64,000 nucleotides of DNA from Eledone cirrhosa. Taxonomy: Eukaryota. Positions 51,906 through 63,899 of the stretch are shown piece by piece. Location: the NCBI GenBank assembly GCA_964016885.1, contig OZ024740.1:43524001-43588000 (forward strand). The letters run 5' to 3'. The position numbers and the translations under genes were made by a program. The notes below the pieces were generated by a model, which worked only from the letters and a program-made list of their open reading frames with translations, had not been told where the DNA came from and made no database searches. Position 1 is the stretch's first letter; every line of letters starts with the position of its first letter.

Positions 51906-54900
51906 TCAGATATTCAGGACGTATCGGAGGGTTCTTGCTGTTCCAAGCAAGCATGCCTTTTGAAGCGTTCCAAAAAGCGTGAAGGGGCCGATTTTCTTTA
52001 ACCATCCCTGGAAACTTTTGGAGATAGTCCCCAGTGCGCCTATGACAATCGGGATCACTTTGACTTCATGGCAGTTCCAAATCCTTTTCACCTCCCACTT
52101 TAGGTCCTGGTATCGGTTAATTTTCTCCCTCTCCTTCTCTTGCACTCTCGTGTCGAACGGGCAGGCCACATCCACAATCAGACACGATCTTTTTTCTTTG
52201 TCCACAACCACCAGGTCAGGTCTATTGTGTTCCAGTTTTTTGTCCGTCTGTATCCTAAAATCCCACAGCACCTTCACCTGATTGTTCTCCATCACCGCCT
52301 CCGGCCTATGCTCATACCATTTCTCAGAATGTGGTAAATTGTTTATTTTGCACAGGTGCCAGTGGATCACCCTGCCCATCACATCGTGTCTCCAGCCCTT
52401 ATAGTGGGTCTGGGCTAGGTGTTTACACTCGGACACAATGTGAGCCACAGTCTCCTCTCTCTCTCCACAGATCCTGCACAGTGGGCTAGCCTCCTCCTTG
52501 TAAATATGGTGCTTCAACCACTTCGTTTTGAGGGCCTGCTGCTGCGCAGCCATTATTATTCCTTCTGTAGCCTTTTTGAGGTCTCCTCTTCTCAACCAGT
52601 TCCATGTCTGTGGATCTCTAAATTCAGTTTTCTCAAAGAAGGTACTATGAAGGGATTTTCCCTTAAGGCTGCTCTTCCTCCTTGATGTTATTTCCTCCTT
52701 GGACATCCCCTGGCCTACTGTCCCCTCCTTCAGTACAGTTTTGAGCATTGGCTCCTTACTATAGGTCACGTATCTGTATAGGTTGTTTTTCTCCATCTGA
52801 ACACAGTCCTCTATGCTGATAAGACCTCTTCCACCCTCAGATCTCCTTAGGTAGAGTCTATCGACATCACTCCTCTTGTGGAACATGTTGTAGATAGTCA
52901 ATAGCTTCCTAGTCTTCCTATCCATTTATTTTTGTTCAGCAACATTCCATCTCAGAATTCCCGCACTGTACCTAATAATAGACACAGCTCGGGAATTTAC
53001 TGCGCTTATGGCATTTCTGCTGTTCAGATGTGACTTCAATACGCTCCTTACTCTCCGAATGTATTCAGTTCTTAACAATTCCTTCATTTTTTTGTTCTTT
53101 ATGTCATCAGCCTCCAGAACGCCCAAATACTTGTATCCTTCCTCAGAGTCAATTTCCTTTATCATCTCACCTGTTGGTATCTGGATCCCGTTACTTCTGC
53201 TCAACCTACCCCTCTTCATCACAATGACTCCACATTTACCAATACCAAACTGCATACATATATCACTGCTGAAAATACGGACAGTGTCAACAAGTACATC
53301 CAACTCCTTCTCACTTTTCCCGAAGAGCTTAAGATCGTCCATGAAGAGGAGGTGATTGATCGTAAGCTCTCCCCTTCCCAACTTGTATCCTGCTCTCACT
53401 TTTCGCAGCATAATGGTCAAGGGCATCAGGGCAAGGACAAACAACAGAGGGGACAGGCTATCTCCCTGGAAGATACCTCTCTTGATCTTCACGCTTCCCA
53501 AGGATACTCCAGTTGATGTCAACTCTGTCTCCCAGGACCCCATACTTCTGCCTAGCAACTGTCTGATGTTATCCGCCACCCTGAAGATCTCCAGGCTTTT
53601 GGTGATCCAGGAATGAGGCACCATGTCAAATGCCTTTCTGTAGTCTATCCATCCCATGGCAAGATCAGTGTGTCTCCTCCTGCAATTCCCCATTACCATC
53701 TTATCAATAAGCAACTGGTCCTTTGTACCACGTGACTTCTTTCGGCATCCTTTCTGTTCGTCCGGTAACAAGTTGTTTGTGTGGAGGTGATGGTAGATTT
53801 CCTCAGACACAATGCTCGTCAACAGTTTCCACATTACGGGCAGACATGTGATAGGTCTATAGTTGGTAGCATCATTACCCTTGATTCGGTCTTTCATTAT
53901 CAGAACTGTGGTACCTTTTGTCAACCACTCTGGCACCTCACCCGACACCAAGCAGTCATTGAACATGGCCGTCAGCTTCGGGTGGAGGGATGTTAGATGT
54001 TTAATCCAATACCCCTGCACACCATCTGGGCCTGGCGATTTCCAGTTGGTTAGTTTTTTGGCTTGTCCCTTAACAGTTTCAACTGTGATACTCAAATCAG
54101 TCTGTTGCTGTGCCTGCTCACCGATCTCCCTCTGTACTGTCTCAATCCACCCTGCCTGGGCATTGTGTCTAACATCCTGCTCCCATATTCCTCTCCAGAA
54201 TGTTTTAGTTTGCTCCGCCCCAGGGATCAAGTCGTTGCCTCTTTATTTGCCCTCAAGCTGTCCAAACAGCATCTTCTGGTTGTTGTCGAACATGCGGTTC
54301 TGTTTATACTGACTGACTCTGTTCTCGTATCGCCTGATTTTTGCACTCTTTGCTACAATGCGTTGCTTCAATTCCTCTATGATAATATTTAGCTTTTTAC
54401 TCCTAGTTTTGTATTTTATTTCCAGTCTATTTTCAGTGCCTATGTTTTTTAGTGTCCCATTCAGTAGTGACTCAAGCTTTCCTATGTCATTTCTCATTTC
54501 CCCGATTTGCCCACTCAGTCGCTTCTTCCACCACGGCTCTGCTCTTTCTTGTCTGTTGTTTCCTCTCGCTTTTATACCAAGTAGTTTCCTCACCGTATTT
54601 GCTGTTGCTCTGAGGATATTGTTGCACTGGTGAAGGCTCCTCGCCTCAAGGTATGGGATGACTTTGTTTACCTTAGCTGTTGTTTCTTTTAACTTTTTCC
54701 TGTCTACAAATCTTGGGTTCATAGGTCTCCCACTATCATTGTTCAATTCATCTACCACTAAATTTAGGATGTCAACCGAATCTTGTCCTAGCCCGTCAGC
54801 ATTCATCTCCTCAGTGGCCGTATCTCTGTTCCAGGTATTATTTATCTCAGTACTCAGATCATTGTCTGCTTCGGGTGGTTCCTCCGTTCTCAGGACCTCC

Positions 54901-55298
54901 TCACCTTCATTTCCCACCGGCTCGCTTGTCTGGCATACTACACCCGCCATCTCCAAGCCATTCTCTCTGCTCAGTTCCTCCAGTTCCAGCTCGCTTATCC
55001 ACCCATTAGTTCTTATTACCCGAGCCTGCCCGGCCAATTTTTGTTCATCTAATTTAAATAAACCAATCTCGTTCCAGATGTTATGCATCCGTCTCCTGTT
55101 GCCCCTCTCCTTGGGGTTACTTTTCAGGTAGCATTGCATAACAGTTCTATTCAATTCTTTCGTCCAGTTGGTTCTGGCCCCTTTCCTTCTTCTCCTCCCT
55201 CCAACATCAGCAGTATTTGGTTGACAGTCAGGTTCCTGCTGCTGAGCCAGGGGGCACCTGTTGGGTGAGAGTCTGTCACATGACGTTCTAGTCTCCAT
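51906..55298 (-). pseudogene. Dong/R4 ORF (about 1130 codons) with two in-frame TAA stops (54243 and 52926)
   Basis: The three ORF pieces are in one frame. Both stops correspond to GAA in copy A. Confidence 0.9.
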
Positions 55299-55599
55299 TT
55301 CACCGTTATTCGAACTGTTTATGTTCGATATTTAAACACTCTTATCGAGGATTGGCGAATGTATGTTTACATAGCCATCTGTGGATCCGCCATCCCACTT
55401 GGCCCTTGTGTGGAATTATCACCACGCTGTATACGAACACACATAAACAAACAAACACACAGGCAGAAAGGGCCCCAGAAATGAATAAGCATAAGTTTCA
55501 TTGTAATGTAGTGTTCGAATGTCTGACTTAGTTTTAGTTTTTTAAGTTTTACTTTTTCCCCCCTCTTCTCTGCCCGTCCGCCTGCTTCTCTCTTCATTA

Positions 55600-56930
55600 T
55601 TATTTTCTTTACGTTTTTGGGGTTTCTTTTTTTTGTTTTTGTTTTTCTCTGTTTGTTTTTCTCGTTTTTTGCTGTTGTTGCTGTGCTGCTTTGGTTTTGT
55701 TTTTTGTTTTTTCTTTTTTCTTTTGGGTCTATCTATATATTTTGATGCCTTCCTCTTTGTTAGTAGTAGGAATTCTATAATGTGGAAGTAGCAGCCAGCA
55801 GGGAAGTGGGAGACTGGCGGCGTTAGCGATACTGAGACAGTGGTGGTGGTGATGTCGATACCGAGGCAGTGGTGGCGGTGATGTGACCGTATTACTGTAG
55901 TGATGGTGCTGTAGCGGAGTCAAGGGGTGGTGGCGGCGGTGCTGGGATAGTGGTAGTAATGATGGCCGTAGTGAGCGGTGGCGGTGAAGGTGAAAATGTG
56001 TCGTTATCTGGCTGTTGTGTTTAGTGTACACAGATGATGGGGTGGGTGGTGAATCTAGTTTCTGGTGTTGGTGAGTTTAGCTGTCCTATATAGTGTAGCC
56101 AGAGGAGAGGAGGGGAGGGGTTCTTCTTCCATTTATAGCCATTTTTTTTTTTTTTTTTTTTTTTCGGGATATACAGTTGAATATTTGAATATTTGAATAT
56201 TTGAATATACAGTTGAATATTTGAATATTTGAGCCTTATAACAATATATTTTCTTTACGTTTTGAGCCTTATAACAATATATTTTCTTTACGTTTTGAGC
56301 CTTATAACAATATATTTTCTTTACGTTTTTGGGGTTTCTTTTTTTTGTTTTTGTTTTTCTCTGTTTGTTTTTCTCGTTTTTTGCTGTTGTTGCTGTGCTG
56401 CTTTGGTTTTGTTGTTTGTTTTTTCTTTTTTCTTTTGGGTCTATCTATATATTTTGATGCCTTCCTCTTTGTTAGTAGTAGGAATTCTATAATGTGGGAG
56501 TAGCAGCCAGCAGGGAAGTGGGAGACTGGCGGCGTTAGCGATACTGAGACAGTGGTGGTGGTGATGTCGATACCGAGGCAGTGGTGGCGGTGATGTGACC
56601 GTATTACTGTAGTGATGGTGCTGTAGCGGAGTCAAGTGGTGGTGGCGGCGGTGATGGGATAGTGGTGGTAATGATGGCCGTAGTGAGCGGTGGCGGTGAA
56701 GGTGAAAATGTGTCGTTATCTGGCTGTTGTGTTTAGTGTACACATATGATGGGGTGGGTGGTGTATCTAGTTTCTGGTGTTGGTGAGTTTAGCTGTCCTA
56801 TATAGTGTAGCCAGAGGAGAGGAGGGGAGGGGTTCTTCTTCCATTTATAGCCATTTTTTTTTTGGATATACAGTGTACAATACAAAGTTGAATATTTGAA
56901 TATTTGAGCCTTATAACAATATATTTTGGG
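55600..56930. repeat. Tandem duplication with ~712-bp offset in the 5' UTR of copy C, with short 34-bp and 8-bp repeats at the junction
   Basis: ORFs 55729-56031 and 56441-56743 are near-identical. tttgagccttataacaatatattttctttacgtt is repeated at 56228-56330. Confidence 0.9.
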
Positions 56931-57095
56931 TCCGAATTTTTTGGGGCTCAAGCCGGGTGCTTTACGTAGCATTTGTGCTAAGAGTTGTTATTTCACAAAT
57001 GGTTTAAATATGTTAAAAATTCAAAACTTACGGGAGCGATTTCATGACCTCCGTCACCTCGTGCGTCTTCTTCCCTTATTATTCTTATTATTCCC

Positions 57096-57153
<58 letters not shown>

Positions 57154-57176
57154 CATTATTATTATTATTATTATTA

Positions 57177-58455
57177 GAGTCCCAGTCAATGATGTTATTT
57201 AACTGGAAAGTGTATCCAAATGAACATCAAGCCATTACCTGCAGCCTCAGATATTCAGGAGATATCGGAGTGTTATTGCTGTTCCCAGCAAGCATGCCTT
57301 TTGAAGTGTTCTAAAAAAGGGAGCTGGACTAATGTTATTTAACTATCCTTGAAACTCTTCGAGATAGTACCTAGTGCTCCTATGAAAAGCGGGACGACCT
57401 TGATCTCTTAACAGTTGCAAATTCCCCCTTCAAATCAGTTAATTTTCTCCTTCTCCTTTTTTGTACTCTTGTGTGACAGGGGCAGGCTACATCTACAATC
57501 ATGCTCGCTCTTGTCGAAACCCACCAGGTCAGTCCTATTGTGTTCTAATTTCTTGTCTGTCTGTATCCGGAAATCCCATAGCACCTTCACTTGATCGTGT
57601 TCTATCACCGACTACGGTTTATGCTCATACCACTTCTCAGATGTGGTGAACTATTTAGTTTGCATAAATGCCAGTGAATCATCTTTCCCATTATATCGTG
57701 GCTCCAGCCTTTATATTGTGTCTAGGCTAGGTTTTTACACTTGAATACGGTATGAGCTACAGTCTCCTCTCTATATTTACAGATCCTCCAGAGTGAGCTA
57801 GCCCCCTCTTTGTCAATATGGTATTTCACACACGTCGTTCTGAGGGCTTGCTCTTGTGCAGCCATTAGCATTCCTTCTGTAGCAGTTTAAAGGCCTCCTC
57901 TTTTTAACCAGATCCATGTCTGTGGATCTCTGAATTTCGTTTTCTTAAAAAAGGTGTTATGAAGTGATCTTTCAGGAAGGTTGCTCTTCCTCTTTGTTGT
58001 TACTTCCTCCTTGGACATCCCCTGGTTTATTATCTTCTATTTCAGTACAACTTTGAGCATCGGCTCCCTATTCTCAGACATATTTGTGCAGACTATTTTC
58101 CTCCATCTGAAAACAGTCCTCTATGATGATAAGACAAATTCCACCTTCAGATCTCTTTAAGTAAAGTCTATCAACATCACTCCTCTTGTGGAACATGCTG
58201 TAGGCAGTCAGTAGCTTCGTAGTCTTTCTATACCTTTTTCTTTTTGTTTTGTTCAGTTACATTCCATTTGAGAATTCCCGCACTGTACCTAATAATAAAC
58301 ACAGTTAGGGAATTTACTGCACTTATGACATTCCTACAGTTTAGATGTGATTTTAGTATGTTCTTTACTCTCCTTATGTATCCAGATCGTATCAATTCCT
58401 TCATTTTATTCTTCTTGATATCATCTGCCTCCGGAACACCCAAATATCTATTTTC
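57177..58455 (-). mobile_element. Older 5'-truncated Dong copy D
   Basis: Degenerate homologue of the 3' 1.3 kb of copies A and C. The 3' end abuts (TTA)n at 57095-57176. Confidence 0.85.
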
Positions 58456-58615
58456 TTGAAAAATATTTTTGTAAAGCAAATCATGTGGTCGGAAATCAGC
58501 ATGCAGGATTTTTAATGAAGAAACATTTTAACTTAATAGTAAATGTTTCGATGATCCAAATGGGAGAAAGCAGGCTTTGCTAACAACAATTTTTTTATAC
58601 ATTTTATAAAGATCC

Positions 58616-58647
<32 letters not shown>

Positions 58648-59085
58648 CCAAGTGCATTTTCCGAACCCTTTTTAAAATATATTTTTTCATCAATTTTATT
58701 ATATAACGTAATCTATATAGAACATTTTCTATTTTCTAACACCCGCACTTTTTTCTACTATATATATATATATATATATATATGAAAATATGGGTGAGAA
58801 GAATACTGCTGGTTGCACATGGATAACATGTTATAAAATGAGTCCCTCATCAGTGATTTACCAAACGATCATGGGTATTTCATCGCATTAAAAATCATAT
58901 ACCTCACGTTGGAGCGATAATAACTAAAATAAGTTATTAGGACAATAGAAACGCGTAAAGCGAGTGAGACAAGTAAACAACACAGGGGGAAGCTAACCGA
59001 AGATGGAAATAAACACAAGCAACATAGTTATTCTTTCAGCATAAGCTGTGTGAATATATGAGCGAGTCGGAAAACAAACATTTCG

Positions 59086-59150
<65 letters not shown>

Positions 59151-59226
59151 TAATTTTCAGAAGATTGAAAGCAGCGATTCTTTTCTTAAGCTTTAATCTG
59201 TTATTTTAATAAATATTAGCTCTACG

Positions 59227-59259
<33 letters not shown>

Positions 59260-59264
<5 letters not shown>

Positions 59265-61391
59265 TATAGACATAGAATATTCGAAAATATTCTGTATGTT
59301 TATAATAAACATTTTGAAGACCTAATCGCTATAGAATAGAATACGTCACGTATTACAATTAGATTCTCGATAAAAGCAAGGAGAGTAATCTACGCGTTTC
59401 ATTCTTGTTAGAAATCATCAGGACTACATATCCAGTGCTTTTATCGAGAATGACACAGCTAGAGACTTATAGAATACTTAGCTGTGTACAGGAACTGGTT
59501 TGAAAGAGCGGTTGCCGGTCCGGCAGAAATTAGAAATTGGAATAAATGCTCTGAAATAGCGATATATATGTGAATATAGACATAGAATATTCGAAAATAT
59601 TCTGTATGTTTATAATAAACATTTTGAAGACCTAATCGCTATAGAATAGAATACGTCACGTATTACAATTAGATTCTCGATAAAAGCAAGGGAAGTAATC
59701 TACGCGTTTCATTCTTGTTAGAAATCATCAGGACTACATATCCAGTGCTTTTATCGAGAATGACACAGCTAGAGACTTATAGAATACTTAGCTGTGTACA
59801 GGAACTGGTTTGAAAGAGCGGTTGCCGGTCCGGCAGAAATTAGAAATTGGAATAAATGCTCTGAAATAGCAATATATATGTGAATATAGACATAGAATAT
59901 TCGAAAATATTCTGTATGTTTATAATAAACATTTTGAAGACCTAATCGCTATAGAATAGAATACGTCACGTATTACAATTAGATTCTCGATAAAAGCAAG
60001 GGAAGTAATCTACGCGTTTCATTCTTGTTAGAAATCATCAGGACTACATATCCAGTGCTTTTATCGAGAATGACACAGCTAGAGACTTATAGAATACTTA
60101 GCTGTGTACAGGAACTGGTTTGAAAGAGCGGTTGCCGGTCCGGCAGAAATTAGAAATTGGAATAAATGCTCTGAAATAGCGATATATATGTGAATATAGA
60201 CATAGAATATTCGAAAATATTCTGTATGTTTATAATAAACATTTTGAAGACCTAATCGCTATAGAATAGAATACGTCACGTATTACAATTAGATTCTCGA
60301 TAAAAGCAAGGGAAGTAATCTACGCGTTTCATTCTTGTTAGAAATCATCAGGACTACATATCCAGTGCTTTTATCGAGAATGACACAGCTAGAGACTTAT
60401 AGAATACTTAGCTGTGTACAGGAACTGGTTTGAAAGAGCGGTTGCCGGTCCGGCAGAAATTAGAAATTGGAATAAATGCTCTGAAATAGCGATATATATG
60501 TGAATATAGACATAGAATATTCGAAAATATTCTGTATGTTTATAATAAACATTTTGAAGACCTAATCGCTATAGAATAGAATACGTCACGTATTACAATT
60601 AGATTCTCGATAAAAGCAAGGGAAGTAATCTACGCGTTTCATTCTTGTTAGAAATCATCAGGACTACATATCCAGTGCTTTTATCGAGAATGACACAGCT
60701 AGAGACTTATAGAATACTTAGCTGTGTACAGGAACTGGTTTGAAAGAGCGGTTGCCGGTCCGGCAGAAATTAGAAATTGGAATAAATGCTCTGAAATAGC
60801 GATATATATGTGAATATAGACATAGAATATTCGAAAATATTCTGTATGTTTATAATAAACATTTTGAAGACCTAATCGCTATAGAATAGAATACGTCACG
60901 TATTACAATTAGATTCTCGATAAAAGCAAGGGAAGTAATCTACGCGTTTCATTCTTGTTAGAAATCATCAGGACTACATATCCAGTGCTTTTATCGAGAA
61001 TGACACAGCTAGAGACTTATAGAATACTTAGCTGTGTACAGGAACTGGTTTGAAAGAGCGGTTGCCGGTCCGGCAGAAATTAGAAATTGGAATAAATGCT
61101 CTGAAATAGCGATATATATGTGAATATAGACATAGAATATTCGAAAATATTCTGTATGTTTATAATAAACATTTTGAAGACCTAATCGCTATAGAATAGA
61201 ATACGTCACGTATTACAATTAGATTCTCGATAAAAGCAAGGGAAGTAATCTACGCGTTTCATTCTTGTTAGAAATCATCAGGACTACATATCCAGTGCTT
61301 TTATCGAGAATGACACAGCTAGAGACTTATAGAATACTTAGCTGTGTACAGGAACTGGTTTGAAAGAGCGGTTGCCGGTCCGGCAGAAATT
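59260..61391 (-). mobile_element. Tandem array of about 6.9 near-identical 310-bp monomers, each with a hammerhead (candidate non-LTR retrozyme)
   Basis: Units start at 59261, 59571, 59881, 60191, 60501, 60811 and 61121. There is no ORF, and (TA)n lies at the left end. Confidence 0.9.
59385..59427 (-). ncRNA. Minimal type I hammerhead ribozyme (also at 59695, 60005, 60315, 60625, 60935, 61245, 63065, 63373 and 63681)
   Basis: gtagtc-CTGATGA-tttct-aaca-agaat-GAAAC-gc-GTA^gattac. Stem I is gtagtc/gattac and stem III is the palindrome ACGCGT. Confidence 0.88.
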
Positions 61392-61403
61392 ATATATATT
61401 CAC

Positions 61404-61759
61404 ATATATTCACATATATATCGCTATTTCAGAGCATTTATTCCAATTTCTAATTTCTGCCGGACCGGCAACCGCTCTTTCAAACCAGTTCCTGTACACA
61501 GCTAAGTATTCTATAAGTCTCTAGCTGTGTCATTCTCGATAAAAGCACTGGATATGTAGTCCTGATGATTTCTAACAAGAATGAAACGCGTAGATTACTT
61601 CCCTTGCTTTTATCGAGAATCTAATTGTAATACGTGACGTATTCTATTCTATAGCGATTAGGTCTTCAAAATGTTTATTATAAACATACAGAATATTTTC
61701 GAATATTCTATGTCTATATTCACATATATATCGCTATTTCAGAGCATTTATTCCAATTT
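61404..61759 (+). mobile_element. Inverted ~1.1 monomer at the 5' (sense) end of array 1, with an HHR at 61556-61598
   Basis: Reverse complement of the 310-bp type unit, ending in (TA)n. Confidence 0.9.
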
Positions 61760-61779
61760 ATATATATATATATTATTAT

Positions 61780-61838
<59 letters not shown>

Positions 61839-61878
61839 AGTTTTGCAATATTACACAAATATGACCCTCCCCAAGTAT

Positions 61879-61914
<36 letters not shown>

Positions 61915-61917
<3 letters not shown>

Positions 61918-62666
61918 CGTTTGGTTTCGCTTTTTCTACCAGCCAAAATAAGATTCTCGCTGAATTTATATTTATTTATTTAAATATATCATACACCTAC
62001 GGTAGTAGGTGTAAAATATTCTTAAGGTCCCATTTCGGTCACTCGCGACACCTTCAAATCTTTGTCACTAATTCAATTTTTGATAGAATTGGATGCGGCT
62101 TTTTGCACTTTATAGGACCACAGATAAGCTACTTTTTTACATAAAAATATTGAAATTTTGTTCAGTAGAAAAAAAGTTACATGAAAATAAGTAACGCTTA
62201 GTTTGTTTCTAATTTCTAATACATTAAAATAGTGATAGATTGTGCAATAGTGTATTGTGGTCAGGTAGCTCAGTCGGTAGAGCAGCGGACCGGCAATCCG
62301 AAGGTCGTGGGTTTGATTCCCACCCTGATTACTTTTCCTATCTGCACTTCTTCCTATTCATTATTATTTATTTAACTTATTTGTTGATAGATATTTTTAA
62401 TATTAATCCTAAACCGACGGTAGTCGGTTTAGTAATATTGTTGTCTTAGTGATTTCGTTGGCAATCGTCTCTTTACAGCATTATTAGAATGTCTTCCGAT
62501 TATCAAAATCACAAGAAAGTTATATGAGCATGGAGAGTAAATCATTGCACATCTCTTAAGCTAAAAATCTCGAAATTTCGTTCAGCACAAAAAAAGTTAT
62601 GATCAAAGTTTGCTGAAAAAAACTGTGTTCAAGTGAGTAAGTGAGTGAGTAAGGGTGACGCTCTGT
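61915..62666. mobile_element. Probable non-autonomous DNA element (Helentron-associated or DINE-1-like) between (TA)n tracts
   Basis: Stem-loops acacctac-ggta-gtaggtgt (about 61993-62012) and taaaccgac-ggta-gtcggttta (62411-62432), and a (GAGT)-type microsatellite near the end. Its first ~65 bp match 9213-9270 in reverse. Confidence 0.4.
62259..62331 (+). pseudogene. tRNA-like sequence (pseudo-tRNA or SINE head; nominal anticodon GGC)
   Basis: Cloverleaf GGTCAGG/CCTGATT, D arm GCTC-AGTCGGTA-GAGC, T arm GTGGG-TTTGATT-CCCAC, followed by TTTT. It has C at position 33 and a non-canonical T loop. Confidence 0.65.
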
Positions 62667-62682
62667 TATATATATTTATATT

Positions 62683-62715
<33 letters not shown>

Positions 62716-62784
62716 ATATTTATATATTTATATTTATATATATATATATTTATATTTATATATATATATATTTATCTATATATT

Positions 62785-62820
<36 letters not shown>

Positions 62821-62854
62821 TATATATATTTATATATATATTTATATATATATT

Positions 62855-62885
<31 letters not shown>

Positions 62886-62907
62886 TTATATATATATATA
62901 TATATAT

Positions 62908-63899
62908 ATTGGAATAAATGCTCTGAAATAGCGATATATATGTGAATATAGACATAGAATATTCGAAAATATTCTGTATGTTTATAATAAACATTTTGAA
63001 GACCTAATCGCTATAGAATAATACGTCACGTATTACAATTAGATTCTCGATAAAAGCAAGGGAAGTAATCTACGCGTTTCATTCTTGTTAGAAATCATCA
63101 GGACTACATATCCAGTGCTTTTATCGAGAATGACACAGCTAGAGACTTATAGAATACTTAGCTGTGTACAGGAACTGGTTTGAAAGAGCGGTTGCCGGTC
63201 CGGCAGAAATTAGAAATTGGAATAAATGCTCTGAAATAGCGATATATATGTGAATATAGACATAGAATATTCGAAAATATTCTGTATGTTTATAATAAAC
63301 ATTTTGAAGACCTAATCGCTATAGAATAATACGTCACGTATTACAATTAGATTCTCGATAAAAGCAAGGGAAGTAATCTACGCGTTTCATTCTTGTTAGA
63401 AATCATCAGGACTACATATCCAGTGCTTTTATCGAGAATGACACAGCTAGAGACTTATAGAATACTTAGCTGTGTACAGGAACTGGTTTGAAAGAGCGGT
63501 TGCCGGTCCGGCAGAAATTAGAAATTGGAATAAATGCTCTGAAATAGCGATATATATGTGAATATAGACATAGAATATTCGAAAATATTCTGTATGTTTA
63601 TAATAAACATTTTGAAGACCTAATCGCTATAGAATAATACGTCACGTATTACAATTAGATTCTCGATAAAAGCGAGGGAAGTAATCTACGCGTTTCATTC
63701 TTGTTAGAAATCATCAGGACTACATATCCAGTGCTTTTATCGAGAATGACACAGCTAGAGACTTATAGAATACTTAGCTGTGTACAGGAACTGGTTTGAA
63801 AGAGCGGTTGCCGGTCCGGCAGAAATTAGAAATTGGAATAAATGCTCTGAAATAGCGATATATATGTGAATATAGACATAGAATATTCGAAAATATTCT
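62908..63899 (-). mobile_element. Second retrozyme-like array, about 3.2 monomers of 308 bp
   Basis: Same unit with a shared 2-bp deletion (agaataatac versus agaatagaatac), preceded by (TA)-rich microsatellite. Confidence 0.9.

Larger units (their letters stand above)
51830..57075 (-). mobile_element. R4/Dong-clade LINE copy C, full length, with a duplicated 5' UTR segment
   Basis: Close paralogue of copy A, bounded by (TTA)n on both sides. Confidence 0.9.

Noticed and set aside
55729-56743. Duplicated His/Pro-rich 100-aa ORFs as small genes
   Set aside because: They are translations of (GGT)-rich LINE 5' UTR sequence duplicated locally, and are not conserved in frame in copy A.
59260-61391. 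Plain structural satellite or protein-coding repeat
   Set aside because: There is no ORF, and each unit has a full HHR core with paired stems plus a terminal inversion. A retrozyme-type origin explains this better, though it is untested.
62259-62331. Functional tRNA-Ala(GGC) gene
   Set aside because: It has C33 instead of U, a TTTGATT T-loop, an anticodon stem mismatch, and an anticodon atypical for eukaryotes.
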